A DNA stretch of 64,000 nucleotides from Bythopirellula sp. (GCA_965216565.1 OZ244170.1:2720001-2784000); one strand, 5' to 3'. Positions 1 through 13,720 are shown, counted from the first letter of the stretch. The notes: generated by a model not told the origin, from the sequence alone. Numbers and translations are program-made.

Positions 1-151
1 GAAAGCCAAGCAAGCCAGCTGGACACATTGGTCAACGGTCGAACAAACGTCTAAGGCATCTCTAGAACTTTTCCTTAGACACGTTAGGTACGCAGACCAA
101 GCCTGAGTGGCAAATGTCAGCGGAGTTTCGGAGAATCCGCCTGGCGACCGC

Positions 152-889
152 TCACTTTCTGGGCGTTGGTATCGCTGGCTGGGCTTTGGCATCGCCGGAC
201 TTCTGCTCATCCGACGTGCTGCGTTTGGGGGCCGCTTGCTTTGGAGCTGGCGTCTCTACTGACTTGCGATTAGCACGTCTGCCTTCCACGTCGACAATGA
301 AATCGCCACGTAAGAAGTTCCGCCCCAGAAGCATCGGGTATTTCATGTGAGAGCGATCCTTGAGCGTCACCAAGACCTTCTTTTTCACTTCGTAAAGCTG
401 CAAGGTCAGTAGCACTTTGTAGCGGTGCTCCGCGTCTACCGAGGTCTGGATTAGCGAGACTTCAGCAATACGGCTCTTGAGCCATTCCGATTCGCCATCT
501 TGATTCTTCATTCGGAAACGAATCTTCTTGCCCACATTGTCTTCCATCCGCTCCGCTTCATCTTCGATGATGTATTCCTCGATATGCAGTGAGGAAGTCG
601 TGGCCCCGGTGTCCACTCGGGCTTTGAACAGTAGATCTGAGCGGACTTCTTCCACGGTCGCCGTGGCTCCGATCACGTGCTTGTCGCCTATTTTTGGAAC
701 TTCGGAAGCCGGCTTAGACTCCGACTTCGCAGCGGCGCCGCTGCAGAAAGCTACTGCAGAGATCAGGCTCGCAGTAATTGAATAGCTAACTATCGACCAT
801 CCTGGTCGCAGACGCTGAGTCATCGTTACCATCCTTGGCAAGGTCTCAATCGATACCCGTAGATCGGGCGTCTCCCACGATTGGGACAT
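152..889 (-). CDS. Retropepsin-like putative protease (RimK-associated 'ATP-dependent zinc protease' family), probably secreted
   Basis: Motifs ARVDTGATTSSLH and LKDRSHMKYPMLLGRNFL; hydrophobic signal-like segment; real start may be ATG 832. Confidence 0.8.
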   Translation of the reverse strand: MSQSWETPDLRVSIETLPRMVTMTQRLRPGWSIVSYSITASLISAVAFCSGAAAKSESKPASEVPKIGDKHVIGATATVEEVRSDLLFKARVDTGATTSSLHIEEYIIEDEAERMEDNVGKKIRFRMKNQDGESEWLKSRIAEVSLIQTSVDAEHRYKVLLTLQLYEVKKKVLVTLKDRSHMKYPMLLGRNFLRGDFIVDVEGRRANRKSVETPAPKQAAPKRSTSDEQKSGDAKAQPAIPTPRK

Positions 890-1021
890 CTATTATTCAA
901 ACTGTCATACAAAAAAATCTTAACGGCAAGGACCCCTCTTCCCTGCTCGTCAGCCCGGAATTGAAGCTGATCTCACTGCTTCAGACAAGATCAGATCATG
1001 CTGTTGCTAGCAGCATCAGTG

Positions 1022-1315
1022 CTAGTGCGTTGCGGCCAATGAGGCGCCCCGTGGCACTTCGAACCCCGCTTCAGAAACCATATCGGCAGTCAACGGGTTC
1101 GTAATCTTGATTGAATTAATAATCTCGAAATCAATCAACAAAAACCGACCACCCAAAGCATCTGGCACAGTTCGTTCCAACAGCACAGTGTTCCCTTTCG
1201 TCCAAATATTTCTGAAGGGCATGGCCTCGTTGAGACACGATATAATGACCCCCTGCCTGGGGATACTCTCTGGCCATTCCTCGAGAAACGACTTCCAGTT
1301 TGCTGCTGAGCTCAT
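1022..1315 (-). CDS. Small hypothetical protein
   Basis: 97-aa ATG ORF with globular composition, co-oriented with its neighbours. Confidence 0.65.
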   Translation of the reverse strand: MSSAANWKSFLEEWPESIPRQGVIISCLNEAMPFRNIWTKGNTVLLERTVPDALGGRFLLIDFEIINSIKITNPLTADMVSEAGFEVPRGASLAATH

Positions 1316-1483
1316 CTTATGCCTCTTTTCGTTCTACTCAAACGCTATCATTGTCCTAGCTATCATGACGGCTGCCCAATTTGGGTTTCTCAAGGGTAGC
1401 TCGAAAAGAAACATCGCAGGTTCAAATCCGCGTCAGGATACGAGCCTGAGTCCGATTGTAGGGCTTGTTTTACCGCGAAATCG

Positions 1484-2224
1484 CTAGGCGGAACGCCTGT
1501 AAGACTGCTGGAGTTGCGGGAGGCCCTCGAAGGCCTGTCTCACAATTGCTGCGCGGCTAGGATCTGCCAAAATGGCTCTTACCTGCGCGAGCGCGAATCG
1601 CTTGCACTGCAAGCGAACCAATGGCAAGCCAATTGCAGCCAAAGCCAGTGTGCAGCCGATTGTGGCCCCGCCCGCGGCATAAGCATGAAAGGCAATCAAC
1701 CCCATACCGGCTAGCACAAAAACGAGCGTTGCCTCCATACCGATCCAAAACCATGACCAAGAGTCTAGAGCCTGATGGATCAAGTGCGGGTCGATGCCTG
1801 GCGAACGACTACTCGCAAATCGGTAAAAGGCCTGTTGCATGATGCTGTGACGCCTCGCCAACCACTCGTCATCGCTAACAGCGGGAACATCGACGTTCGA
1901 TTGCTCTGCTAGCGCAGCAATAATCACATCGATATCAAACCGCTCTCGCACGCCCAGCCAGTGGGCCAAGTGCCCATGCAACCGAAACACACGGGCCGAA
2001 AGCCCAATGACCAGTGCCGGTAATAGCGTTCCACCAGGGATAGGCAGCAAATTGCCAGACGCCGTTTCCAGCTCGAGATCGATCGATTGGAGATGCCCGT
2101 TGATGATGGGCACGTTGTCGCGCAATAGCCAAATAGCACCCAACGCTGCCACCGATGTGAACCAAAACACACGGCTAAGCATCGACTGATAATCAGTAAC
2201 TGGAGCAAGCGGACTTACAGCCAT
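1484..2224 (-). CDS. Hypothetical integral membrane protein
   Basis: 246-aa ORF with about 4 hydrophobic segments. Confidence 0.7.
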   Translation of the reverse strand: MAVSPLAPVTDYQSMLSRVFWFTSVAALGAIWLLRDNVPIINGHLQSIDLELETASGNLLPIPGGTLLPALVIGLSARVFRLHGHLAHWLGVRERFDIDVIIAALAEQSNVDVPAVSDDEWLARRHSIMQQAFYRFASSRSPGIDPHLIHQALDSWSWFWIGMEATLVFVLAGMGLIAFHAYAAGGATIGCTLALAAIGLPLVRLQCKRFALAQVRAILADPSRAAIVRQAFEGLPQLQQSYRRSA

Positions 2225-2347
2225 GAGAGCCGCCGGAGATTAGAGGCTTGAAACTTCAGATTCGAGCCGCGAATCTTACTGAATGCGTGTACAGCGCTGA
2301 AGGGCAATTTCCGTGCTGGCAGTGTTTTGCCCGCCCCAAGTCTTGAG

Positions 2348-3163
2348 TCATCTCTGACTTACCGTCGCTACGCTTTCACCCAGGATGTTCACCTCGAAAG
2401 AACCCCCGCTACCGGCATTGCGTGGAATGAGAATGCCAATCTGCACATCTGCCGAGCCGATGGCGGTGTGCTGGACTCGATAGGTGGTGGGCATCGTCAC
2501 CCATGCTTTAGAATCGGCATCCAGCGTAAAGTGAAGCTGCGCCGCTGGCATGCCTAGAGAACCCGTGTTACCGAGCGACGGGGTGGCCTGCACACTCATT
2601 CCATTGTCGCTGACGAACTGCCCCGCTGTTGCTGTGCCTGCCGGAATCGACAAGAGCGATGGGTTCACAAACAGGTTTCCAAATGCGGGATCGTTGGGAT
2701 CGGTCGACGGGTCATCGACCACCAAAGGATTCGTCTCGGTGCGAGGTACGAGGACGATGGCGCCGATCTCTTCTCCGTCGGAAGTGATGCGAAAGTCCCG
2801 ACGTTGCAACCGAAGGTGGAGCATTTTGTCGAGTTCAATCTTGCTGGCTAAATATCCGGCCGAAATCGATCCAGAAACCATTATGTAGTCACCGTCGCTA
2901 GCCTGACGGGTGACCACCAGCTTGGAACTGCCACCGGCACGCACCGACTGGGGCTGAGGAATCGGCAGCCCATTTTTGGCCAATGGCGAAACTCCTCCGA
3001 TCACCTCGAGTGCTTCGACTGCTCTAGTCTTCTCCACCGAAAAGTCCGCCGGCTTAACGAACCGATAGGCGTTGTAGATCATCAATCCGGCCAGAAAAAC
3101 TATTGGCGGAATCGTGGCTATGAGCAATTGGTTTACTTTACCGCGTCGCGTGTCAGTCAACAT
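2348..3163 (-). CDS. Hypothetical membrane-anchored protein
   Basis: 271-aa ORF; single N-terminal TM segment followed by a beta-rich domain; GGGGAG RBS upstream. Confidence 0.7.
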   Translation of the reverse strand: MLTDTRRGKVNQLLIATIPPIVFLAGLMIYNAYRFVKPADFSVEKTRAVEALEVIGGVSPLAKNGLPIPQPQSVRAGGSSKLVVTRQASDGDYIMVSGSISAGYLASKIELDKMLHLRLQRRDFRITSDGEEIGAIVLVPRTETNPLVVDDPSTDPNDPAFGNLFVNPSLLSIPAGTATAGQFVSDNGMSVQATPSLGNTGSLGMPAAQLHFTLDADSKAWVTMPTTYRVQHTAIGSADVQIGILIPRNAGSGGSFEVNILGESVATVSQR

Positions 3164-3521
3164 TAAGCTCCCCCATTCCTCATCGCCTTAGGCTAACGTT
3201 GGTGAAATTGTACTATACCTTCCTGAGTAGTGAATGAAACTGTCCACCACCCCTAAAACACGGAACATCAATCAGTCGTGCATTCTAACGTTTCCTTCTA
3301 TAGGCCTAGCCCAAACTGCCCAGGAGCATGAACAACAACAAGGAACAGCACCAAGCAGCACAAAACATCGTTAGTCTGGCACGTATTTGGGCGAACCAGA
3401 CGATGGGAAATCGAAGTTTCTTGACGCAGATGGTGCCCCGGCGTTACCATAAGCAACATGCGCCACGGGGCCAGTGCCCCTGTGCTCTTTTCACCAGTCT
3501 AAGCATGCTAGGGGTAGTCTA

Positions 3522-4334
3522 ATGGGTGGCATTCGAGCCTGTTCGTGTTGTGCATTTCTCGGTACAGCGGCTTTTGTATTCTTCTCTCTCAACTTCCATA
3601 CGGACACCGCGTTCGGTATCGTTTCGGTTTCGAATTCACTGAGCGCTAGAGCTGAAGTTGTGGCCGATGGTCTCGGAAATCCCCCTGTCATCGACACCCT
3701 AGGCGACCCCGTCTCTGCTTCCGATTCACTCACCAACGATGGTGTAACATCCACGGCCAGCGCCGAGGCAACCTATGGCATCCTCAAGGCAAGTGCCGAG
3801 ATTTCCAAAGGCTCCGCCATCGAGCCTTTTAACTTCGCTACTGGTACCGCCGAATTCGACGACACCCTGACCATCACCGGCGGGGCAGGTAGTGCGGACA
3901 TTAGCTTCGCATTTCAGCTCGATGGGGTGCTACAGGATATCAATGCCGCTGAGTCGCGAGCACGAGTCGAATTCAACGTCTTCTTGCCTCAGACTTTCCA
4001 AAGCTATAATCAAACTTTCATGGTCGAGTCGGGGAATTCTCGTACGCTGAATGAGCTGCTTGTCACACCCGATTTCACGTTTGATTACGGCGTACCCTTT
4101 ATCGTCCAAGTTGATCTCATTGCCAGCGTTAGCCTGGAAGAAACCGACGACGGCACGGCATCGTCCTTATTCGACAACACCGCGATCTTTACTGGTCTGA
4201 CTGTCTCCAGCGGAGGCGTGCCTGTCTCCGGTGCGACCGTATCGGCTAGTTCGGGGACTAATTACCCGGTGCCCGAACCCGCTAGTAGCCTGTTACTACT
4301 TATCGGCTTCGCAGCATTCTCCCGCCGCCGCTAG
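3522..4334 (+). CDS. PEP-CTERM sorting domain protein
   Basis: Signal peptide; C-terminal VPEPASSLLLLIGFAAFSRRR; ATG 3522 is in frame with ORF 3474. Confidence 0.85.
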   Translation: MGGIRACSCCAFLGTAAFVFFSLNFHTDTAFGIVSVSNSLSARAEVVADGLGNPPVIDTLGDPVSASDSLTNDGVTSTASAEATYGILKASAEISKGSAIEPFNFATGTAEFDDTLTITGGAGSADISFAFQLDGVLQDINAAESRARVEFNVFLPQTFQSYNQTFMVESGNSRTLNELLVTPDFTFDYGVPFIVQVDLIASVSLEETDDGTASSLFDNTAIFTGLTVSSGGVPVSGATVSASSGTNYPVPEPASSLLLLIGFAAFSRRR

Positions 4335-4376
4335 GGGCAACCTGCCACGCTGCAATTTATTCGGCTCATGACGAAA

Positions 4377-5249
4377 CTATTCTGCTTTGCCCTGCATGAG
4401 CAGCGGGTGGAATCGACCGCCCATTGGTTGACCAACTGCAATTGCATCGGTGCCTTCTAGCAGCGGTTCGGCTTCCGCAGCGACTGTGCCGTCGAGAAAC
4501 ACATTCAGCACTATGGCCCGGCGTGGACGTTCGCTACGATTTTCGTAGCTACCATGAAGCATCAGCGGATGGTGAAAACTCGCCTCGCCCGCCTTCATCT
4601 CGCACGGTACCGGCTGAAACTCCGCCAGTTGTTCGTCGTTAAGCACGTCGCGAATAGCCTCCATGTTATTAGCCAAATCGGTGCGTTCCAACAGTGGCCA
4701 ACGGTGCGATCCCGGCACATAGTTCACGCAACCATTCTCAGTCGTCGAATCGTCCAAGCCAATCCAACAGGTAAGATGCTGCATCGGCGTCGTTCGTGTC
4801 CAATAGCTATAGTCTTGGTGCCAGGCAACAACTCCGCCATGCTGCGCTGGTTTGCAAAACAATTGGTCGTGCCAAAACCGGACGCTGCCGCCGAGCAACT
4901 GGCTTGCTGGTACGGTAAAGGCCGGATGCCAAAGGATGTCGTGCATCGCGGGCCGCAGACGCCATGCGCCCAATGCGTGGAACAACACATTGTCTGCATC
5001 ATTCGATTCGTTGCAGTGGTACTCGTACCACAATTCCTTGCCCGAATGGTCGGCCTCAAAAAACTCTGCCAGCTCTTCGCGAAGGACTTCGATTTGCTCG
5101 GCATCTAGAATTGGAACACCGGCAAGAAAGCCTTGCTCGTGAAACCGAGCAACCAATTCGTCAGACAGTCGAAAATTGTCGCTACTGTCCCCGTCCTTAG
5201 GAAAGATCTCAGATACCGGATGATGCTCGTGCGAAAGATCGGTGGCCAT
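4377..5249 (-). CDS. Phytanoyl-CoA dioxygenase (PhyH) family Fe(II)/2OG dioxygenase
   Basis: WHQD motif, ENGCVNYVPGSH, distal HGS and RRA motifs. Confidence 0.9.
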   Translation of the reverse strand: MATDLSHEHHPVSEIFPKDGDSSDNFRLSDELVARFHEQGFLAGVPILDAEQIEVLREELAEFFEADHSGKELWYEYHCNESNDADNVLFHALGAWRLRPAMHDILWHPAFTVPASQLLGGSVRFWHDQLFCKPAQHGGVVAWHQDYSYWTRTTPMQHLTCWIGLDDSTTENGCVNYVPGSHRWPLLERTDLANNMEAIRDVLNDEQLAEFQPVPCEMKAGEASFHHPLMLHGSYENRSERPRRAIVLNVFLDGTVAAEAEPLLEGTDAIAVGQPMGGRFHPLLMQGKAE

Positions 5250-5406
5250 GGTTAGTCTTAGACCAAGTTCGAGGAGTTGAAGATGCAGCCGTACGCTGCG
5301 ATTATCTCAGGAGGCTAACTAGATTTCCAGCCTCTGGAATAGTCCTCATAATCCCCAACATCGAGATTTCACTCCTTCCTCGGATAAGGAAAGAGAACAG
5401 TCCGAA

Positions 5407-6549
5407 TCACGCACACATCTTACGCACCGGTCGGACTAGCATCCCCATAGCACCAAGACCAATGAGTAATGCGACGCTGGTTGGCTCAGGAACGGCGGCA
5501 GCGCTTGCGGATAACGGTGCCGAGTTTCCAGTGTGTTGCTGCTGCCAAAGTAAAAAGTCGAGGCCACTAGACTCGAGATCGCCGTCGGCATCGCCACCTG
5601 CGGTGGAATTGTACGCAGCATTCCACGCGCTTAGGTCCGCGGCATCGACGTCGTGGTCACCATCAAAATCGGCTGAGAATGGCGAGGTATTGATGAACTG
5701 CGTGGAGACAACGAAATCATCGTAATAGGCAAATTCGTCTTTCGTGGTCTCCCATTGCGAGCTGCTTCCACCAAAAAACGTGCTGAAGTAGAGCGTATCG
5801 ATCTTCAATGCAGAGGTGGTCCGAAAGCGGATATCCTGCCTGTCGAGCACCATCTCGCCATCTAGCCAGGCCTGAATGATACCGTCCGACGAACCGGGGG
5901 TGTTCATCACAATGCGATGTTGAAGCTGATACCACACATCGGAATCAAAACTCTTCCAATCGGTGGGGGTCGTGTCGTCCCACCTCATATCTTCTGCAAA
6001 CGTACCCGGCTGATCTGGATAGTACAGATATTGAACGATGTTTGCCTTATCGCCGTTGGTAGGCGAACCGCTCGAACCATTGGTGCGCCACATCATCCGC
6101 GCAGACCACCCGTCGGTCCCGTCGGGGGGATCGCCGCCCGAATTACATTCACCCCCGCACAACCCCGGCAACTTACCGCCACGGACGAAATCGAAGTTAT
6201 CGTCGAAGCGAATCTTATAACTGAAATAAAGTTCGTCGTACGATCCGCCCAGCGGTGCCTTCCACTGCGACTTACCCGTATTCGACAAGCCATCGGGATA
6301 CTTCACCACTAGCGACTTGTTGCCGACCGTGTTGGAGTCGTCCACAATCGAAACTCGACCTTCGTCGACGCCATCGTTGGAGGTGACCCCCCAGTCTGCC
6401 GAGAGATTGGAAACGGTGTAGGTCCCCACCGGATCATCCTCAAAATCGTTCTGGTAAATGATCTGCGCGCTGGCCGATGACAAACAAACCAAGGTCAGCC
6501 CCCAAGCAAAAACTAGAACTTCTCTACGAAGGAAGCGGGGATCGGTCAT
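5407..6549 (-). CDS. Polysaccharide lyase (PL14-like) with dockerin-like repeats and PEP-CTERM anchor
   Basis: FDFVRGGKLPGLCGG, GWSARMMWR, FSTFFGG; DFDGDHDVD repeats; VPEPTS tail. Confidence 0.8.
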   Translation of the reverse strand: MTDPRFLRREVLVFAWGLTLVCLSSASAQIIYQNDFEDDPVGTYTVSNLSADWGVTSNDGVDEGRVSIVDDSNTVGNKSLVVKYPDGLSNTGKSQWKAPLGGSYDELYFSYKIRFDDNFDFVRGGKLPGLCGGECNSGGDPPDGTDGWSARMMWRTNGSSGSPTNGDKANIVQYLYYPDQPGTFAEDMRWDDTTPTDWKSFDSDVWYQLQHRIVMNTPGSSDGIIQAWLDGEMVLDRQDIRFRTTSALKIDTLYFSTFFGGSSSQWETTKDEFAYYDDFVVSTQFINTSPFSADFDGDHDVDAADLSAWNAAYNSTAGGDADGDLESSGLDFLLWQQQHTGNSAPLSASAAAVPEPTSVALLIGLGAMGMLVRPVRKMCA

Positions 6550-6743
6550 AGATTCCTCAATAATTCTGATCCGCAGGACGCCGGCGAGTTGGCGTCGCTG
6601 AGTGACAAGCATACGAACTTGCCGAGCCCGACTGCATTCGGGCCCGACTTCGATACAACTATTCTAGCAGGGAATTGCAAATCAGGACCTCCAAGTATCC
6701 GGAAGAAAGTTCTGATTTTTGGCTCTCGGATCTCACCTCTCCA

Positions 6744-7214
6744 CTATCGAATCCACCACTTACGGTTGTCTCTCTGCCGTTCTTCGAGAATCCCTACGTA
6801 GGTCAGGATTATTACAATGATTGCCGTCCCCCCCAGTGACCAGAGGAAGAACTCCACCCCATAGAAATTCTGTTCACCCTGCAATCGATACGCGAAGATG
6901 GAGTCGTCATAGTATTCCACCTCGAACTTACTGTTCTTGGGATAGAGCTTTGATTCTAATTCATCCACGGTCAAGAAACCTTCTTGTGTGGTACCTGTGT
7001 TGACGTTGTGGAACTCGAAGGTGACGCGAAAGTCGTTTTGTTGATTGCCCCAAGGGCTAAGCTCGGGACGAACCGTGACGACGCGGGCTGTTCCCGTTTC
7101 TCCCCACAGATAGTAGAACAGCTCGTCCGACGACTTGTAACAGGACACAGCAAACATCAACCCCAACCACCAACAGAAACAAATGCCCTGCTTGGTCCAA
7201 ACAAAGTCTTCCAA
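6744..7214 (-). CDS. Hypothetical two-TM membrane protein (DUF3592-like architecture)
   Basis: TM - small beta domain - TM - basic tail; start uncertain. Confidence 0.5.
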   Translation of the reverse strand: MEDFVWTKQGICFCWWLGLMFAVSCYKSSDELFYYLWGETGTARVVTVRPELSPWGNQQNDFRVTFEFHNVNTGTTQEGFLTVDELESKLYPKNSKFEVEYYDDSIFAYRLQGEQNFYGVEFFLWSLGGTAIIVIILTYVGILEERQRDNRKWWIR

Positions 7215-7802
7215 AATCTTTCCGCACTGTCTGGTACGATCCAGCGATCTGCCCTTTCTAGGGGTGTAAGAATAGCCAACCGAAACTGATGGTTATTCGC
7301 CCGGGCAGGACGAATCTTGCTGACAATCGGTTAGGATTGTCTCTCGCAGAGGCGCAAAGACGCAGAGTGCTATGGCGTTGCCTTATCGTAATGCGCTTAC
7401 CCTATAAGAATGCGCTTACTGGAGGGGTCACCTAGAGTGATGCACAACTCCCGAATATTGTATAGCACAGCAATTTTCGCCGACATACTAAGCGCTCTCA
7501 GGAGCGGTCTGTCGGCCACATTCTCTCGACACTGGTCTCTAGACTCTTGTCTTCATAGATGTCAAAGAGCGATCGGACAACACGGAGCTATAAACAATTA
7601 TCTACAAGCCGATCGAGGAGATCAGCGACGTTTCTGGGCCGCCGTCTTTGTTCAAGTTGTTGCTGTTCTCCTTATCCATGAACGACTCCAATTTGCTTGT
7701 GGTAAGACAGGAATCGATATCCCTACATTATCAATGCTCAGGCAGGATTAAAGGTGTCAACGCCGCGAAGGTCGAACTCACTACATCAACTATACATCGG
7801 TA

Positions 7803-7887
7803 GTCGAAAATGGGGACAGGCACGACGACGCCAAGAGTGTAGGTGTTCAAACTCTTGTGATGCGTCGAGCCGGTCCCCATTTTCGAC
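7803..7887. repeat. Long imperfect inverted repeat (REP/MITE-like hairpin)
   Basis: gtcgaaaatggggac (7803-7817) is the exact reverse complement of gtccccattttcgac (7873-7887); inner arms also pair. Confidence 0.7.
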
Positions 7888-7994
7888 GGACCATTGGCAG
7901 AACCGCGGAGTTCGATATAGCGATTATAATGGCACCACAGAGGACACCGAGGACACGGAGAGCGGTTGAGAGCGTCGCTCAATACCTCTAGTAT

Positions 7995-8480
7995 CTACTC
8001 ATCATCCGACACAAAAGTCGCCTGTTGGACGCTGGGGGAGGTGGAGTCGCCGTAGAGCATGTCCTGGTTGGGCGTGAGTTGTTGGTCGATTTCGTTCGGT
8101 GTGAATCGCCACATCGCGCCGGTGGCCGAATCGGCTGCCAAGCCCACGACTCCCCCCAAGACCACGTTGCCAGCCATCCAAGGATTCAGCTTCGGTTGGA
8201 TCGGCACGCGGGCCGTCTCAAAGCCCGGCTTTTGAATGGTGGCCGTGTAGCGGGGAGCCTTCTTGAAGATGCCATTGCCCCGCTTAAGTGAAACCTTGCC
8301 GGGGGTCTTGGTCGTGGCCACCGTTTGACCCTTCTCATTTTGCACGGCAACATGCGCGTGCGAGGGACTGCTGCTAATAGCCACATCGGTTTCGCGACCA
8401 CTGATAATCGTGGCGCACCCGCTGGTGACGCTTACGCTGAGAACTAAACCCAGAGCTACCGCTCGCTGGAACGACTTCAT
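7995..8480 (-). CDS. Lipoprotein with PEGA-like domain
   Basis: Lipobox TSGC followed by ATIISG; C-terminal GNVVLGGVVGLAADSATGA motif. Confidence 0.75.
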   Translation of the reverse strand: MKSFQRAVALGLVLSVSVTSGCATIISGRETDVAISSSPSHAHVAVQNEKGQTVATTKTPGKVSLKRGNGIFKKAPRYTATIQKPGFETARVPIQPKLNPWMAGNVVLGGVVGLAADSATGAMWRFTPNEIDQQLTPNQDMLYGDSTSPSVQQATFVSDDE

Positions 8481-8800
8481 TGCATTGACCCCACACGATG
8501 CATAGACGGAGAAGAGACCCATCAGCATGGTGAAAAACCACACTGAATGGCGGCGAATCTTAGGGAGGGGTGCTGTCTAGTTCTAGGGCAGTTGAAAGAG
8601 TTGCTAGCAGAAGCCGTGTGTTGCGTTGCAACACGGCTCGTTTAGCAGTAGAAAGGGTTACACGTCCTCGGCATAGGGTGGCATGCCCTCGGAGGTCCGC
8701 CGACGTGGGCATGGGGGTCGACGTTGTGATCTATCACAGGCGAACACGGAGAAGGGAGCGTGTGCCGCAGGTGCTAGCTCTGAGGCAGGTCAGGCAAGGA

Positions 8801-10096
8801 CTAAGCACGAGTGGTACGTAGGTGATCTATGATTTCGCCTTGGACAACTTCAATCTCTTCGAGCAATCGCGAACAGGTCACCATCCTGTCATCATCACAG
8901 TGAAGATTGTGCAGAGCCGCTTTTAGAAATGCAGCTCCTCGGAGTGCGCGTTTGAGCTGGACCGAAACCAGTCCGCGATCGTTTTCATCCATTTCGTACC
9001 TTGGAGGTAACGGCAACACTTGCGACAGGCCACCACAGAGTTGGCAAGCCGACTCAAGTATAGTACCGACTCCCGAACTGTGAGTTGTTTCGGTGAGCTT
9101 TGCCACTTCCAAGAATAGTTGGGTTGATCTTTCTAGCAGCGGATCGCGTTTTCCAAATAACGAGTTGGAATCTTGTTCGGAGTCGAAGCTACCTGCCCAA
9201 AGCTCGTCTGAGGGTACATCGTCATCGTCCCTGTCTAATGGACTATCCAGTTCTGACGGAATATCCCGCTGTGATTTGAGATAGTCTATATCGTCAGCCG
9301 GAGAAACCTCGATTCGTTCGTCAGCGATCTCTGCCAGCGCAGACTCTAAGGCTTCCTTGGGCGTGTGTCCGGCGAGCAGTTGCGATTCGATGTGTCGTTG
9401 CATGCGGATTGAGCGTACCATGCCATCGCGGTAAAGTTTATCCCACTGGGCTTCAATCTCAGTCCAGTCTGCCTGGAATTCGTCTGGGGCATCTGCACTT
9501 GTGGCAAGTTGTTTGTCGGATTGACGGAACACTTGATGAACCTTTTGTACAACCCGAGTTACGCGTTTTACAATAATCTCTGTGTCCTCACACGCTTCAT
9601 GGCTGAGCGGATGCTTCTCAAGTCCATCCGACACCGCTTTGATGATATTTGCACTTCGCTGCATCGAAGCGGCAAGGCGTGTTGGGTCGCGATGCGTCCA
9701 GTAATCAGATTCGTCGTTAACCTCGAGATTGGGAATGAACTGCCTCTTAATCTCTAACAGTGTTTCTACAAGAGCTGCATGCCCTTCCACCGAACCGAAT
9801 TGCGTTTTGACAAAGCACCAGGGCAATTTGCCTAGCGGACGCTCTTCAACCCCTTCAATATCAGTAGGCATGATGAGAATGCTCTCGGGGGAGAACAGCA
9901 GGCTGAATGTCTCTTGTCCTGGAGCCAAATTTACGAGCACACCGCGGACCGCTCGCTGTGGACTACGATCTGCGGCGGATCGCCATAATTGAACTTGCCC
10001 GCCGAAAGCTAACGCAAGGTCGATCACATAGTCTTCGAGCGATTCGATCGCTGCTATGTCGTCAACCTTCCCTCGATAGTGAACGGTGATGCCCAT
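8801..10096 (-). CDS. Hypothetical protein
   Basis: 431-aa ATG ORF with no recognised catalytic motif. Confidence 0.7.
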   Translation of the reverse strand: MGITVHYRGKVDDIAAIESLEDYVIDLALAFGGQVQLWRSAADRSPQRAVRGVLVNLAPGQETFSLLFSPESILIMPTDIEGVEERPLGKLPWCFVKTQFGSVEGHAALVETLLEIKRQFIPNLEVNDESDYWTHRDPTRLAASMQRSANIIKAVSDGLEKHPLSHEACEDTEIIVKRVTRVVQKVHQVFRQSDKQLATSADAPDEFQADWTEIEAQWDKLYRDGMVRSIRMQRHIESQLLAGHTPKEALESALAEIADERIEVSPADDIDYLKSQRDIPSELDSPLDRDDDDVPSDELWAGSFDSEQDSNSLFGKRDPLLERSTQLFLEVAKLTETTHSSGVGTILESACQLCGGLSQVLPLPPRYEMDENDRGLVSVQLKRALRGAAFLKAALHNLHCDDDRMVTCSRLLEEIEVVQGEIIDHLRTTRA

Positions 10097-10145
10097 AGAT
10101 TGGTTTTAGCACGAACTACTCACAGGGCGTAGGCGTTGCCAAAGC

Positions 10146-10180
10146 AAAAAAACCCCGTCTTGAATCTCTCCAAGACGGGG
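10146..10180 (-). terminator. Intrinsic terminator of the rRNA unit
   Basis: ccccgtcttg/caagacgggg stem followed by a U-run on the minus strand, directly after 5S. Confidence 0.85.
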
Positions 10181-10188
10181 CTATAAAA

Positions 10189-10297
10189 CCTGGCGATACC
10201 TACTTTCGCGAGTGCTCTCACTATCATCGGCCCGGAGTGCTTAACTACTGTGTTCGGAATGGGGACAGGTGTTTCCACTACGGTATGGTCGCCAGAA
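10189..10297 (-). rRNA. rrf: 5S rRNA
   Basis: Minus strand reads TTCTGGCGACCATACC...CCCCATTCCGAACAC...GCCAGG; ends approximate. Confidence 0.95.
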
Positions 10298-10501
10298 GAA
10301 GTGCGGAGCGCCGGTAGACGCCACCGCACTTAACGATCTGGTGTATGCAAGAAGTTTGAAATTTCAAGTTTGAGTGATGAAGTGAAAATACTTCACAGAT
10401 CAAACTTCAAAGATCAGCGATTCTTTGTCCTTGGATTGGGATCCAAAAAGCGTGATCACTTATCGGTTGTCTCTCTGGAAAAGAGAGCCTTCGATAAATG
10501 T

Positions 10502-13427
<2,926 letters not shown>

Positions 13428-13720
13428 ACATTTATCCAAGGCTCTCAAAAACAACTGTCAGCGGTTAGCTTTCAGCGATCAGCTCACCAAGGCTCGTGAA
13501 AACCTCAGCTCGCAAAAGAGAACCATCAATAAATGGTGTTATGAATCCAGTACGGTAATGATAACCGCCTGGAAAGTAACGCTTGTTAGATCCTTGTAAT
13601 CTAAGGACAAAGAAAACTACTTACGCGACTACCACTAAGATTTGTGATTTGATGACCCTCTGCAAAAAAGGTCATCCAGTCGCGCAAGATTTTTTTGTCA
13701 CTTCTTGCTTGCTACACCAA

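Noticed and set aside
3377..3392. TGGCACG as a sigma54 promoter (also at about 45943 and 62342)
   Set aside because: No GC at the required GG-N10-GC spacing.
10298..10500. tRNA in the 23S-5S spacer or the rRNA leader
   Set aside because: No cloverleaf or TTCG T-loop with acceptor stem found.
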